From an uncultured Chloroflexia bacterium (lineage in GTDB: Bacteria; Chloroflexota; Limnocylindria; Limnocylindrales; CSP1-4), in contig CAVXPZ010000001.1 in assembly GCA_963763775.1 (NCBI GenBank), positions 896,001 through 960,000 of the forward strand: a DNA stretch of 64,000 nt, in the 5' to 3' direction. The translations under genes were made by a program, and so were the position numbers. Positions 1 through 12,540 of the stretch are shown piece by piece. A model generated the notes under the pieces. That model did not search any database and was not told the DNA's origin. It saw only the letters and a list, made by a program, of their open reading frames with translations. The stretch's first letter is position 1. Each line of letters begins with the position of its first letter.

Positions 1-1355
<1,355 letters not shown>

Positions 1356-1419
1356 GGCCGCGACTCTAGCACCCGGTCGGGCGCGATGGCGGGAGGTGCG
1401 CTGGGGCCGCGCCGGCCGC

Positions 1420-2016
1420 TCAGTCAGCCCCGAAGGCGTCGATCCCCTCGGTGATCCGCGGCTCGGGCATGTCGTGCGTGATGACGACGTTGACCCGGTC
1501 CGCCGTCGCCGACGGCCAGACGACCACGGTCTGCTCGCGATCGCCGGTCTTCGTGTCGAGGCGCCGGCCCTGCCGCCCGGCGATCGTGGGCGACGACTGG
1601 CCGACGATCTGCGTCCGCCCGTTCGCGCTGGCACTGTTGGCATAGAAGTCGGCAAGGAGGTCGGCCGTCAGGCCGGGCGCGGTGAAGACCGCCAGCACGA
1701 CGGCCGGGTCACCGAACGTCCAGGTGCCACCGGCGAAGTCGACTTCCGTGATCCCGGCCGCGGCCAGCGACCCGAGATTCTCCGGCGAGCAGTTCCGGCC
1801 GGAGTCGAGCCGCTCGGGCGCGGCGTCGTGGTACTTGGTCGGGATCAGCGCCTCGAGAGCCGGGTAGGCGCCAGGCGCCGAACCGTCGCCCTTGCACGGG
1901 CCGGTCGGGTCGAACGACGCGGCGGCGCCGCCCGCGCACGCGGCCAGGAGCCCGGACAGGACGAGCGCGAACGCCAGCAGCGGCGCGGCCGCACGCCGGG
2001 CGGATCGTGGGGTCAT
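1420..2016 (-). CDS. Putative lipoprotein, unknown function
   Basis: [27 protein letters not shown]: signal peptide with lipobox LAAC. TACCCT 7 nt upstream of ATG 2016. Confidence 0.75.
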   Translation of the reverse strand: MTPRSARRAAAPLLAFALVLSGLLAACAGGAAASFDPTGPCKGDGSAPGAYPALEALIPTKYHDAAPERLDSGRNCSPENLGSLAAAGITEVDFAGGTWTFGDPAVVLAVFTAPGLTADLLADFYANSASANGRTQIVGQSSPTIAGRQGRRLDTKTGDREQTVVVWPSATADRVNVVITHDMPEPRITEGIDAFGAD

Positions 2017-2450
2017 GTCGCACAGGGTAGCCAAGGTGGCGCGGTCGTGCGTGGACCGGGTCGGTGCGTCCGGGCACCTGGTACCACCGTCCGGGTCCGG
2101 TGCGCGCGTGCGCCCGACCGAAGGGCCCAGCGACTTCGGGACGAGGGTCACATTGCCCGGCGGGCGGCCCGTCCCTAGTGTTCTGCCTACGCCGACCCGC
2201 GATCGGATCAGGAGTCACCTGGGGCGTCGGTCACGGGGCAGGGAACGGACGTCGACACGGGGATGGTCCGAGTCGATGATCCCGGACCCAGCTCACGAGC
2301 CGAATAACTGGTGCTTCGGCCAACAGGCCTGATGGACCGTCGGGACGGCAGCGCTCATCCGCTTCATCGATCTTCGCGACATGGACGCCCTCCGGTATCG
2401 GGGGGCGTCTTCGCGTCCGGCGACGATCCGGGATCGCGGCGGCGGGGCCG

Positions 2451-2571
2451 CCGGCCCGCGGTACGGGCGCCGGGTCGCCGGCCGCGGTACGGGCGCCGGG
2501 TCGCCGGCCCGCGGTACGGGCGCCGGGTCGCCGGCCCGCGGTACGGGCGCCGGGTCGCCGGCCCGCGGTAC
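2451..2571. repeat. 27-bp tandem repeat (ccggcccgcggtacgggcgccgggtcg), about 4.5 copies
   Basis: Read directly; one copy lacks a C. No spacers between copies. Confidence 0.9.
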
Positions 2572-2743
2572 TGCCAGTACCGCCCGGCGCATGAACGCCT
2601 CGTGGATGGACACCAGGACGACATCCGAGCGTCGATCCATCGCCTTGTCCACGCTCGGCTGTGGCCAGATCGCCACTGGCAGTACCAGTGGGGCGGCGCA
2701 CGCCTGTGTCGGGCGACCGCGCCGCAATCGCGGCGCAGGGCCC

Positions 2744-3478
2744 TCAGGCCGAGCGGCCGGGCCGGACCTGGACCGGGCGGGCGCGGCGGAGGATCCCTCG
2801 TCGGTCGAGATCGGCCTGCACGACGCGTGCGGCCGCCACGAGGTCCGGGTCGCGGGTGACGGTCCCGGCGAGCCAGTCCACGTACGACGGCTCGAACGAG
2901 GCGATCTGTCCGAGCGTATGGCCGTGGAACTTGCCGAACTCGATCACGTGCGCCGACGCCTGGTCGAACGACGGCGGCGCCGGGCGTCGGAAGTGCCGCA
3001 GCCGGCCACGGACCGGAGCGCCGGTCGGCGTCGAGGCTCGCGGCGGCTCGCGATCCACGGTCTCGCCCCGGTACGGAGGCTGGCCGGGCAGGATCGGGGC
3101 ACGTCGGACGCGCCCGCCGGCGACCTCGTTGCGAGGCTGGTACGTCGAGCTCGTGTCCACGCGACCGGTGACCGGCCGGGTCGGTTTGGGTCTGGGCGGG
3201 CCGCCGCGTCGCTGGCTCGGCTCCCCGGTGTAGGCCGACCCCTCGCCGGCCGACTCGCCCGATGCCCGACCCCGCCCCTCGCCGTCGACGCGGGTCAGCG
3301 CGGCGTAGGCGTCGTTGATCTCGGCCATCTGGCGGGTCGCGACGCGCGATGCCGCCGGGTCGTCGCCGGTCAGGTCCGGGTGGTGCGACCGCGCCAGACG
3401 GCGCCATGCCGCCTTGATCTCGGTCGGGGTCGCCCCCGGCGGGACACCCAGGACGACGTGCGGGTCGCGTTTGGCCAC
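2744..3478 (-). CDS. J-domain (DnaJ class C) protein with a C-terminal FGK-x-G small domain (DUF3820/ExoX-C-terminal-like)
   Basis: VAKRDPHVVLGVPPGATPTEIKAAWRRLARSHHPD...EINDAYAAL (HPD motif); C-terminal IEFGKFHGHTLGQIASFEPSYVDWL. TACACT 6 nt upstream of GTG. Confidence 0.85.
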   Translation of the reverse strand: MAKRDPHVVLGVPPGATPTEIKAAWRRLARSHHPDLTGDDPAASRVATRQMAEINDAYAALTRVDGEGRGRASGESAGEGSAYTGEPSQRRGGPPRPKPTRPVTGRVDTSSTYQPRNEVAGGRVRRAPILPGQPPYRGETVDREPPRASTPTGAPVRGRLRHFRRPAPPSFDQASAHVIEFGKFHGHTLGQIASFEPSYVDWLAGTVTRDPDLVAAARVVQADLDRRGILRRARPVQVRPGRSA

Positions 3479-3541
3479 GGTCGAAGTGTACTGTCGGCGG
3501 CACGCTTGACAGGTCGGCCGGTGCTGGCGTCCCCTTGTCGC

Positions 3542-4691
3542 ATGGGGAAGATCCGTCGCGCCGGGGTGCTCGCGGCGGCCGCGGCTGCCACCAGCGGGCT
3601 GGCCTACCGCTTCGCGCTCGCCTACCGCGTCCGCGCCGGCTACCCGCGGCGAAGCCCGCCGAGGATCACGCCGGACGCCCTCGGCCTGCCGTACGAGTCC
3701 ACGACCGTCCACTCGGACGACCTCGCGCTTCCCGGCCTGGTTCATCCCCGCCCGCGGCGGCGCGCCGGGACCCGGGATCGTCCTGGTCCACGGGTGGGAG
3801 TCCGGTCGGGACCGGACGCTGCCGATGGCCGTCTTCCTGCACGCCGCGGGCTTCCACTGCCTCACGTTCGACGTCCGCGGGCACGGCACCAACCCGCCGG
3901 AGACCGACCCGATCAGCGCCGGGGAGTTCGGCACGGACGCGCTCGCGGCGTTCCGGTCGCTGCTGGCCCGCCCGGAGGTCACGGTCGGCGGCATCAGCGG
4001 CCACTCGATGGGCGGCATCGGGGCCATCCTCGCGGCCGCGGCCGACCCCCGGGTCGGCGTCCTCATCGCCTCGTCATCGCCCGCCGACCCATACCGGCTG
4101 ACCCGCCAGACCTTCCGCCTGGCCCGGCTGCCGATCCCGGATCCCATCGCCTACCCCCTGGCGTGGCTGACGACCCGCGTGTACGTCCGGCCGCGCGGCC
4201 ATGTCGTCCGCGACATCGACGCGTCGCAGGCGATCGCCCGGTACGCCGGCCCGATCCTCCTCGCCCACGGGGCCGAGGACACCGTCGTGCCACCCAGCCA
4301 TCTGGACCGCCTCGCGGCGGCGGCCCGAGCCGGCCGAGGACCCGGGGATCCGCCGGTCGAAACGCTGCTCGTGCCGGAAGGCCAGCACTCCTGGCTGTAC
4401 GAGATCGCCGACTATCGCCGCGCCGTCGCGCACGCGGCCGCCTCGGCCCTGGGCGGGCCGCTCTCGCCCGAAGCCGCCGGGGACATCGCGGCCGCGACCG
4501 CCGCCGAGCGGATCCCCGACGGCGAGGTCCGGTTCGCGGCGGCCGAGGACGTGCACAGCGGTGCCCGGACGCTGCTCAAGGTGGTGCTGCCGGGAGCGAC
4601 GCGCCCGATCCGGCTCGATGGCGAACCGGCCGGCGAGGGTGCCGCCCCCGACGACGTCGACGTCGTCTCGGCCGGGACGATCGACGCGTGA
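3542..4691 (+). CDS. Alpha/beta hydrolase (frameshift near 3733)
   Basis: N-terminus MGKIRRAGVLAAAAA... joins AWFIP-GIVLVHGWES; FDVRGHG, GHSMGG, HGAEDTVV, GQHSW. Confidence 0.85.
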
Positions 4692-5221
4692 CGGCGGCGG
4701 AGCCCGTGTGGGACGCCATCCGAACGCGTCGGGCCATCCGCCGGTTCGCGGATCGTCCGATGGAAGCCGCCCACCTCGACCGCATCCTGCACGCCGGCCG
4801 GCGCAGCGGGAGCTCCAAGAACCTCCAGCGGTGGGCCTTCATCGTGTGCCGGGACCGCGAGCACCTCCGCGAGCTGTCGGTGGTCGGCCCGTGGGCCGCG
4901 CATCTCGCCGGCGCCGCCGTCGGGATCGCCCTCGTGACCCCGGATCCGGCCGCCGCCGACGCCCCGCTGTCGGTGATGTTCGACCTCGGGCAGGCCGCGC
5001 AGAACATGATGCTCGCGGCCTGGGAGCTCGGGATCGGCAGCGTGCCGGCCACCGTGTACGACCAGGATCTCGCCCGGCGGCTCCTCGGCCATCCCGACGA
5101 CCAGCACGTCGAGTACCTGCTGTCGTTCGGCTACCCGGCGGATCCCGCCGACCTCACCCGTCCGCCGAAGTCGGGCGGTCGGGAGCCCCTGGCCGCGCTC
5201 GTCCACGAGGAGCGCTGGTAG
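4688..5221 (+). CDS. Nitroreductase family protein
   Basis: AIRTRRAIRRF, SGSSKNLQRWAFIV, DLGQAAQNMMLAAWELGIGS, LLSFGYP. GTGA overlap with the upstream gene. Confidence 0.9.
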   Translation: MTAAEPVWDAIRTRRAIRRFADRPMEAAHLDRILHAGRRSGSSKNLQRWAFIVCRDREHLRELSVVGPWAAHLAGAAVGIALVTPDPAAADAPLSVMFDLGQAAQNMMLAAWELGIGSVPATVYDQDLARRLLGHPDDQHVEYLLSFGYPADPADLTRPPKSGGREPLAALVHEERW

Positions 5222-5267
5222 CCTCACCCGGGCGGACGACCACCCGGTCGCGACGTTCGACCGGTCC

Positions 5268-6362
5268 CTACTGCCAGCTGAACTTCCGCGACGCGATCGC
5301 GAAGCACACGACCAGCCAGACGGCGAGGACCCCGGCACACACCGTCAGCGGCGCGAAGGCCGAGCCGCCGACCATCACCTGGCGCAGGGCGTCGGCGAGG
5401 TACGTGAGCGGGATCAGGCGCGCGATCGACTGCAGGAACGGCGGCATCGCGGCGATCGGGAAGAACACGCCCGACAGGAACATCATCGGGAACTGGACGA
5501 CCTGGGTCACGCCGTTCGCCGCGTCCTCGGTCTTGGTGAACGAGGCGAGCACGTAGCCGAGGGACAGGAACGTGACGGCCCCGAGCACGATGAAGGCCGC
5601 GGCGAGGAGCAGCGAGCCCGTGATCTCGACGCCGAACACCGCCACGCCGACGCCGACGATGATCACCGACTGCACGAGCGCGATGAGCAGGCGCATCAGC
5701 GTGTTCGACCCGACGAGCTGCGAACGGCGGAGCGGGGTCGCCGCCAGGCGCTTCAGGATCCCCTTCTCGCGGTCCGCCACGAGCGGCACGGCCGCGAAGA
5801 TCCCGAGCTGCATGATCGACATCCCGAGGATGCTCGGGACGAAGTAGCTGATGAACGAGAGATTCGCGGTCTGGATCGTCTCGGCCTTCGGCAGCACGAG
5901 CGGCGCCCGACCGCCCAGGTTCACGACGCCGAGGATGCTCCCGACCGCCTGGTCCACCGAGGCGATGAGCGCCGACCGGGAGGGGTCGACGACGAGCGTG
6001 ACGGTGGCCGGGGCACCCGAGCCGGTCGAGGCCGCCGTGAGTGCCGCGCCATACCCGGCCGGGACCACGACGATGGCGTCGACGTCGCCGGTCTTCATCG
6101 AGGTCTCGGCCGAGGCACGCGCGCCGCCGTCAGTGAGCTTGACGCCGTCGGCGGCCGCGAAGGCCGCGTGCAGTTGCCCGGACGCCGCCGAGCCGTCCTC
6201 GTCGACCCAGGCGAGGGTCACCGCGGAGGTGCCGCCGCCCTGGAAGATGAACCCGAACATGAAGATGAAGATCAACGGGAACGCCAGCGTCCAGAAGACC
6301 GCCGCCCGGTCGCGGACGTAGCTCCGGATGTTCGCGACGGTGAGCCGGGAGAGGGCGTTCAT
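5268..6362 (-). CDS. ABC-2 type exporter permease
   Basis: FWTLAFPLIFIFMFG, DREKGILKRLAATPL, FLSGVFFP, PLTYLADALR. Confidence 0.92.
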   Translation of the reverse strand: MNALSRLTVANIRSYVRDRAAVFWTLAFPLIFIFMFGFIFQGGGTSAVTLAWVDEDGSAASGQLHAAFAAADGVKLTDGGARASAETSMKTGDVDAIVVVPAGYGAALTAASTGSGAPATVTLVVDPSRSALIASVDQAVGSILGVVNLGGRAPLVLPKAETIQTANLSFISYFVPSILGMSIMQLGIFAAVPLVADREKGILKRLAATPLRRSQLVGSNTLMRLLIALVQSVIIVGVGVAVFGVEITGSLLLAAAFIVLGAVTFLSLGYVLASFTKTEDAANGVTQVVQFPMMFLSGVFFPIAAMPPFLQSIARLIPLTYLADALRQVMVGGSAFAPLTVCAGVLAVWLVVCFAIASRKFSWQ

Positions 6363-6377
6363 CGTGCGGCGCTCCCG

Positions 6378-7338
6378 TCAGTCACGCAGCGCCCGGCCGG
6401 TCAGGTCGAGGAAGACATCCTCGAGCGTGGGGCGCCGGACCAGGAGGTCCTGGAGCTCGACGCTCCGCGTGTCCGCCAGGACGAGCAGCGCGCCGATGGT
6501 CGCCCCGACGTCGCTCGAGTACAGGAGGATCTCGTCAGGATCGCGCTTGACCGAGACCACCGCGGGCAGCGCGCCCAGGTCGGTGTCCGTGAGCGCGTCC
6601 ACCGCGTCGAACCGCACGGCGCGCTCGTGGAACCGCTTCGAGATGAGCCCGTCGACGGTGTCCATCTCGAGGATGTGCCCGTGGTCCATGATCGCCAGGC
6701 GGTCGCACAGGACCTCCGCCTCCTCCATGTAGTGCGTGGTGAGGAGGACCGTCTTCCCCTGCGTCCTCAGCCCGCCGACCAGGTCCCAGAGCGCCCGCCG
6801 GGCGGCCGGGTCGAGGCCGGTCGTGGGTTCGTCGAGGAAGACCAGCTCCGGGTCGTTGACCAGGGCGAGCGCGATGGAGAGCCGTTGGCGTTGCCCGCCC
6901 GATAGCTCCTGCGTCCGGGCCTTCCGCGCGCTCGCCCAGCTCGAGCAGGTCGATGAGCTCGTTCGTCGGGCGAGCCTTCGGATAGAAGCTGCCGAACAGG
7001 TCGATGAGCTCGGTGACCGTCAGCTTGGGGTAGAGCGCGGCGGTCTGGAGGCTCACGCCGATCCGGGGCTTCAGCCGATCCGCCCCGGTCGCGACGTCGA
7101 CCCCGAGCACCGTCGCCCGCCCGGCGTCGGGTGCCCGCAGGCCCTCGAGGATCTCGACCGTGGTGGTCTTGCCAGCGCCGTTCGGCCCGAGCAGCCCGAA
7201 GACCTCCCCGGCGCCGACCTCGAAGTCGATGCCGTCGACGGCGACCAGGTCGCCGTAGCGCTTCACGAGGCCGCGAACCTCGATCACGGGCTGGGCCGCC
7301 GAGGGGACGACAGGCGTCGAGGCGATGTCGGACTGCAC
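6378..7338 (-). CDS. ABC exporter ATP-binding protein (DrrA-like; frameshift near 6925)
   Basis: GPNGAGKTT Walker A; LSGGQRQRL and LVFLDEPTTGLD in the shifted frame; C-terminal PTLEDVFL. Confidence 0.9.
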
Positions 7339-7428
7339 GCGTCGATGGTGCCAGAAACATCCGCCCGGCACGTCCTCCCGAAGAGAGATCGTCCCCCAGC
7401 CCCGCAGCATCGACACGGAGGTATCGCG

Positions 7429-8170
7429 ATGCGACGACGTTCTCGACTGGCCATGACCGGGCTCCTCGCCCTGTTGGTGATGGCCATCGCCCTGCCGGCC
7501 GCCACATCGGCAGCGGCCCCGACCGGCACGATCCGCGCCTTCCACGACAGCCCGGACACGCCGGCGGTCGACATCTGGGTCAACGGCGCCCCGGCACTGA
7601 CCGCCGTCACGTACGGCACGGTCAGCAAGTACCTGCGCGTCCCTCGCGGCGACTACCTCGTCGAGGTCAAGGTCGCCCCGTCCACCGCCGGCGACCCGGC
7701 GGCGCTCTCGGCCACGGTCCGCGTCGGCGTCAAGCCGGTCACCGTCGCCGCCATCGGCTCGCTCGCCGGCGACGGCGCCCCGCTCCAGCTCAAGGTCCTC
7801 CGCGACCGCAAGGGCATCGATGGGAACTGGTCCCTGGTCCGCGTGGCACACACGAGCCCGGACGCTCCGGCGGTGGACGTCCAGGTGCGCTTCGGCCATC
7901 GCTGGATCCCGGTGGTCCAGGACCTCGCCTTCGGTGAGACCTCGCCGTACCTGCCGCTCCCGGCACGGAACCCGTTCACGCACCAGGCGATCAAGTGGGA
8001 CATCCGGATCGTCGCGGCCGGGACGGACACTGTCGTCCTCAAGCTGAACGACGTCAAGCTGCCGAAGGGCCGTGCGCTCACGGTCTGGGCCGTCGGCTTC
8101 CTCAGCCCGGTCGGGTCCAGCGCCCGGCTTCGGGGTGAAGGTCACCCCGGACGGACGCAACGCCTTCTAG
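7429..8170 (+). CDS. Secreted DUF4397-domain protein (frameshift near 8120)
   Basis: GGAGG RBS, signal peptide, two repeats RAFHDSPDTPAVDI and RVAHTSPDAPAVDV. The shifted frame ends GFGVKVTPDGRNAF* at 8170. Confidence 0.85.
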
Positions 8171-8186
8171 GCTCCCTCCCCTCGGC

Positions 8187-9618
8187 TCACCCGGGCCCGG
8201 CCGATCCCATCGGTCGGGCCCGTTCCATGTCCGCGGGCTTCGTGGCCTTCAGGCCCGCACGGTCGTCCTCGTCGTCGTCCACGCCGTCGGCGGCATCCGC
8301 CTCGGCCTCGGCATCGGCATCGGGGACGTCGAGGCCGCCGGACCAGTCGATGTCGAGGATCGTCCCCGACTCGGCCGCGGTCCGGTCGTCCTCGGGCGCC
8401 GGAGCCCCGAGGCCAAGGTAGGCGTCAAGCGCCGCCTCGAGGCCGACGTCCTTGCCGACCATCTCGGAGAGGATCCACTTCTCCTCGAGCACGTCGCAGT
8501 ACGCCTGGACCAGGTCGCGCCCCTCGCCGACGGCCGGCGCCAGGACCGCAAGCGTGGGCTCGAACACCTCCCTGAGCCAGCGTTCGGCGGCCTCCCCCTC
8601 CTCGACGGGTCGCTTGTCGTAGAACTCGAGCCACGCGCGGTACTCGCGGATGTCGTTCAGCAACAGGCGCGCTTGCCCTTCGAGCGCGACGAGGCCCGTC
8701 AGGCGTTCGAGACGGCGGCCGTGGAAGCGGCGGTTCGCCACGGCCACGTCGAGCCGGACGCCACCGGCGCCCTGGCCGATCCCCCGCGACGGCTCCAGCC
8801 GGATCTCGTCCACGGCGAACCCGAGGTCGTTCAGCCGACGGATCCGGGCCCGGATGGCGTGGCGGTCGTAGTCCGCGAACTCCGGCTCGTGGTGGAGCTC
8901 CGCCCACACCGAGGTGTAGGTCGTCCGGACCATCTCCGCGGCCGCGACGGCATCGTCGAAGTCCTCGAGCCGACCCTGCAGCGCGGCGACGTCGGCGAGG
9001 CCGTAGGCGACGTTCTCGACGAGGATGTCGAGGTCGTACGCGCGCTGGCCGTCGCTCAGGGTCGGGTGGATCTCGCTGGTCTCGGCGTCGACCAGGAACG
9101 CCTGGATCTTGTCGCCGTCGCGCCGGAACAGCGTGTTCGCGAGCGAGCAATCACCCCAGAAGACGCCCGGCTCGGTGCAGGTCCACGAGCAGCCAGGCCA
9201 TGGCGTCGAGCAGCCGCTCCCGGTACGGACCGGGGCCGAGCGGGAACCGCATCAGGAGGCGGCGGTACTGGATCGAGAACGCGAGGTACTCGGTCATGAG
9301 GATGGCGGCATCGCGGTCCGGGCTCGCTGCCAGCGCCACCGCCGTCACCGCGGGAAGGTCCGCTTCCTCCAGGTGCCGCAGCACCTCGAACTCCGCCTGG
9401 GCGACGCGGCGCGGCTCCTCCTTCAACGCGTAGGTCCGCCCCTCGTGGACGAGGAACCGCACGAGGTGCCGCGACGGCCCGACCGCGAGCTCGCGGAACT
9501 GCAGGTCGTCCGTCGACCAGTCGGCGAGCGGCCGCTCCCATGGCAGGTCGAGCAGCGCTCCGGCGCTGTCCCGGAGTCGGAGCCGGGGGAACCCGCCCGC
9601 GATGTCGGCGGCGTCCAG
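8187..9618 (-). CDS. Kinase-like (Kdo/WaaP-related) DUF4032 protein (frameshift near 9167; start uncertain)
   Basis: LLDLPWERPLADW, GPSRHLVRF, YALKE, LHRAGVFWGDCSLANTLFRRD, FLVDAETSE, YCDVLEEKWILSE..GKDVG. Confidence 0.85.
8192..8222. terminator. GC-rich hairpin between convergent genes
   Basis: cgggcccggccgat-ccc-atcggtcgggcccg, 14-bp stem with one G-U pair; no U-tract. Confidence 0.5.
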
Positions 9619-9624
9619 CGTGGA

Positions 9625-10078
9625 TCAGAGCTTCTTGCGCAGGTACGCGGTCACCGAGGCGTCGTACCCGAGCAATTCGTACAGGTGGCGCGCCTCCGGG
9701 CGGTGATGACCCGCGGTGATCTCGACGAACGCCGCGCCGAGCTCGGCGCCGACGCGCTCGGCCTCGGCCATCAGCGCCCGGCCGACGCCGCGCTCGCGGG
9801 CGCCCGGCGTCCACGACCAGCGCGAGGATCCGCAGGATCCGGTCGTCGTGCTCGAACCTGGGCAGGGCGTGCACCGCGATGAACCCGAGCATGGCCCCGT
9901 CGTGCTCCGCGACGATCACCCGCGAGTGCGGGGAGGCGAACCGCTCGAGCCGCTCGACGATGTCGCTGGTGCCGGCGGGGTAGCCCTCGTCGGTGAAGAG
10001 CTGGGCGATCTGGTCGGCGTCGGCCGCGATGGCGGCGCGGAGGACGATGGGCGGGCGGTCCGTGGCGGGGTCGGTCAT
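9625..10078 (-). CDS. GNAT acetyltransferase (frameshift near 9800)
   Basis: LALVVDAG/ARERGVGRALM motif A; EARHLYELLGY. Confidence 0.85.
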
Positions 10079-10510
10079 GCGGTGATGGTAGCGGGCCGCC
10101 GGACACGCAGGAACCGCCATGGCCCCTGGGGAGCCCCGCCACGATCGCAGACGGAACGGCCCGAGCGGACCGGGGGTCGCCGGGAGCGCCGGGATCGCGT
10201 CGAGGGCGGCGACCTCCCACCATGTCACCTGCGGGCCCTCCCCGTGACGGGCCAGTGTGGCCGTCAGACGGCCCTCCGTGGACGGCTCGAGCAACACGAA
10301 CCGGACCCCGTCCGGGAGCACCGCCATCCGGCACCGGGCGCCGAGCGCGACGTCGTCGTCCGCATCCGCGAGGTCCAGGCCGATCTCCGCTTCGGCGCGC
10401 TCGAGGTCGACGGTGACCCAGCCCACGCCGATGAGCCGCGCCCCGGCTGGCAGCGTCGCCCGCGCCGCCGCGACCGCGGTGTCCACGGCGGCCCCGATGG
10501 ACGGGGTCAC
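10075..10510 (-). CDS. Small hypothetical protein, possibly VOC/glyoxalase-like (frameshift near the C-terminus)
   Basis: GVGWVTVDLERAE...VLLEPSTEGRLTATLARHGEG resembles VOC-fold motifs; overlaps both flanking GNAT genes. Confidence 0.55.
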
Positions 10511-11367
10511 CCGACGAGCAGCAGGTCCGGGGCCGGCTCGCCCACCATCTCGAAGCCCGCGTTGCGGTACAGGCGGATCGCCGGCTCGTTGTCGGCGAAC
10601 ACGCCGAGGTAGGTCCAGTCGCTTCCGGCGGCGATGGCATCCGCCGTCGCTGCCAGGGTGACGAGCTCGCCGAGCCCGCGACCGCGCGCCCACGCCGCCG
10701 TCCCGATCGACGAGAGGTAGCTGGCCCCCTCGAAGGTGGCGCGACGCGCGACGGCCGCGGGCCGGCCATCGACGCGGACCAGGTAGTGCATGAAGGCGGG
10801 GTTCGCGAGCGAGGCGGCCGTCTCGGCCTCGACGCCGGACCGCCGCTCGTCCTCGACGTCGAAGGCGTCGCACAGGACCGGCGTGACCGCGGCGAGTGCG
10901 GCCGTGGCCTGATCGCCGGACGTGCCGCTGAGGCGCTCGAGGCTGACCGACGGACCCAGCGGGTGGCGCGGGCCGCGGCGCGACGGCTCCGCGTCGACCA
11001 GCGCCATCACGCAGCCCATGCCCATGTCGCGGAACCCGTTGGCCTCGAGGCGCGCCACGAGGTCCGCGGGGGCATCGTGCGCCGGCGACGGCCAGATGTG
11101 GGGTTGGCGGCGCAGCGACGTGAACAGCACGAGGATCTCCGCCAGCCGCGTGTCGAACGCCTCCGGGTCGGCGGGCCAGTGGATCGCCTCGAGACGGTTC
11201 CAGAACGGCTCCGGGTCCCTGGGGTCGTGCAGCAGGATGGCGTCGCCGAGGTCGCGCAGCTCGCGATCGGGCATGGCGTGGACGCGCGCCTCGTGCACGA
11301 GGAGGCGACGCATCGTCTTCGCGTCGATGACGCGGCGCAGCCGGTCGTTCGGTCGGGCCTCCTGCAT
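10507..11367 (-). CDS. GNAT acetyltransferase with N-terminal extension
   Basis: YLSSIGTAAWARGRGLG, YLGVFADNEPAIRLYRNAGF. TATCGT 6 nt upstream of ATG. Confidence 0.88.
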   Translation of the reverse strand: MQEARPNDRLRRVIDAKTMRRLLVHEARVHAMPDRELRDLGDAILLHDPRDPEPFWNRLEAIHWPADPEAFDTRLAEILVLFTSLRRQPHIWPSPAHDAPADLVARLEANGFRDMGMGCVMALVDAEPSRRGPRHPLGPSVSLERLSGTSGDQATAALAAVTPVLCDAFDVEDERRSGVEAETAASLANPAFMHYLVRVDGRPAAVARRATFEGASYLSSIGTAAWARGRGLGELVTLAATADAIAAGSDWTYLGVFADNEPAIRLYRNAGFEMVGEPAPDLLLVG

Positions 11368-11411
11368 GCTCGAACGATACCCGGCGCGGGTCAGGCCGGC
11401 CCGGGCGCGGT

Positions 11412-12436
11412 TCAGCCGGCGGTCGGTCGCTCCAGGACGAGGATCGTGGCGCCCGAGGGCAGGTCGACGAGCGTCGGCTCGGGCAGGCCGGCCGCCGCGA
11501 ACCACGACCGGAACCCGTCGCGGGTGGCGAGCGCGGTCCCCTGGTAGAGCTCGTCGAGCTGGACGCCGGCGATGAGCTCCCCGTGGCGGGTCCGGAACTC
11601 GTCCGAGCCCGACGGCAGCGGCCAGTCGAGCACGACGATCCGGCCGCCGGGTCGGAGCGCCGACCAGGCGGCGCGGAGGGCGCCGGCCGGGTCGGCCAGC
11701 TGGTGGAGCGCGTACTGGAAATACGCGAGGGTGTAGGCGGCCTCCGGGCCCGGCCTGCCGACGTCCGCCTGCCGGATCGAGATCCGGTCGCTCAGCCCGG
11801 CCGCCTCGACGTTGGCCCGCGCGCGGGCCACGGAGTCCGGCTCGGACTCGACGCCGACGAGCCGGAGCTCGGGGAAGCGGCGCGCCATCGCGATGAGCCA
11901 ACGGCCGCCGCCGCAGTGGATATCGACCACGTCCCCGCCACGCGCCAGGTCGGCGACGAGCTGCGGAAGCGCGGCGAGGGCCTCCTGGAAGAAGACCGCG
12001 ACGTCCTGCACGGTCAGCCGCTCGATGGACTCGCGGTACCGGTCCGGGCGGGCGGCGACCGTCGTCCCGGTGCGGAAGAAGTCGAGCATCCCGCCCCAGT
12101 CGAGCGAGGCGACGACGGTGTGGGCGAACTGTCCGCCGAGGAACTCGGGCCGCTGGTCGTCCAGCAGGACGACGGCCGTCGCGTCGTCGATCGAGAGCCG
12201 GGCGTCGTCATCGAGGTCCGCGAGCCCGTGCGCGTCGGCGGCCCAGGCCCAGGTCGCGATCGCGTCCGCCTGGCAGCCCGTGGCGGTCGCGAGCTCGAGC
12301 GTCGTGAGGCCGGCCGGGCCCCGCAGCACCGCAGGGCCTCGAAGAGACCGAGCTCCACGCCGAGATAGACCAGCCACGTGCGGTGGAAACCGGCGAGGCT
12401 GGTCACGAGGTCGTCGAACCGGTCGTCGAGGTGCAT
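11412..12436 (-). CDS. Class I SAM-dependent methyltransferase with N-terminal wHTH (Rv2258c-like; frameshift near 12330)
   Basis: YLGVELGLFEAL N-terminus; VVDIHCGGG, VGVESEP, ALHQLADP, ALRPGG. Confidence 0.85.
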
Positions 12437-12466
12437 CTGGGCACCGATTGTCGCATGGCCCGGACA

Positions 12467-12503
12467 GCAGGACACCGTCCGGAGGAGTCGGACGGTGTCC
12501 TGC
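12467..12503. terminator. 15-bp perfect inverted repeat downstream of the 12541-13356 gene
   Basis: gcaggacaccgtccg-gaggagt-cggacggtgtcctgc. Confidence 0.65.
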
Positions 12504-12540
12504 GTCGGTGGCGATCCGGTGCCGTCGCGGCACCATCGGG

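Noticed and set aside
2451-2571. Possible CRISPR array
   Set aside because: Repeats are contiguous with no unique spacers, and there are no cas genes.
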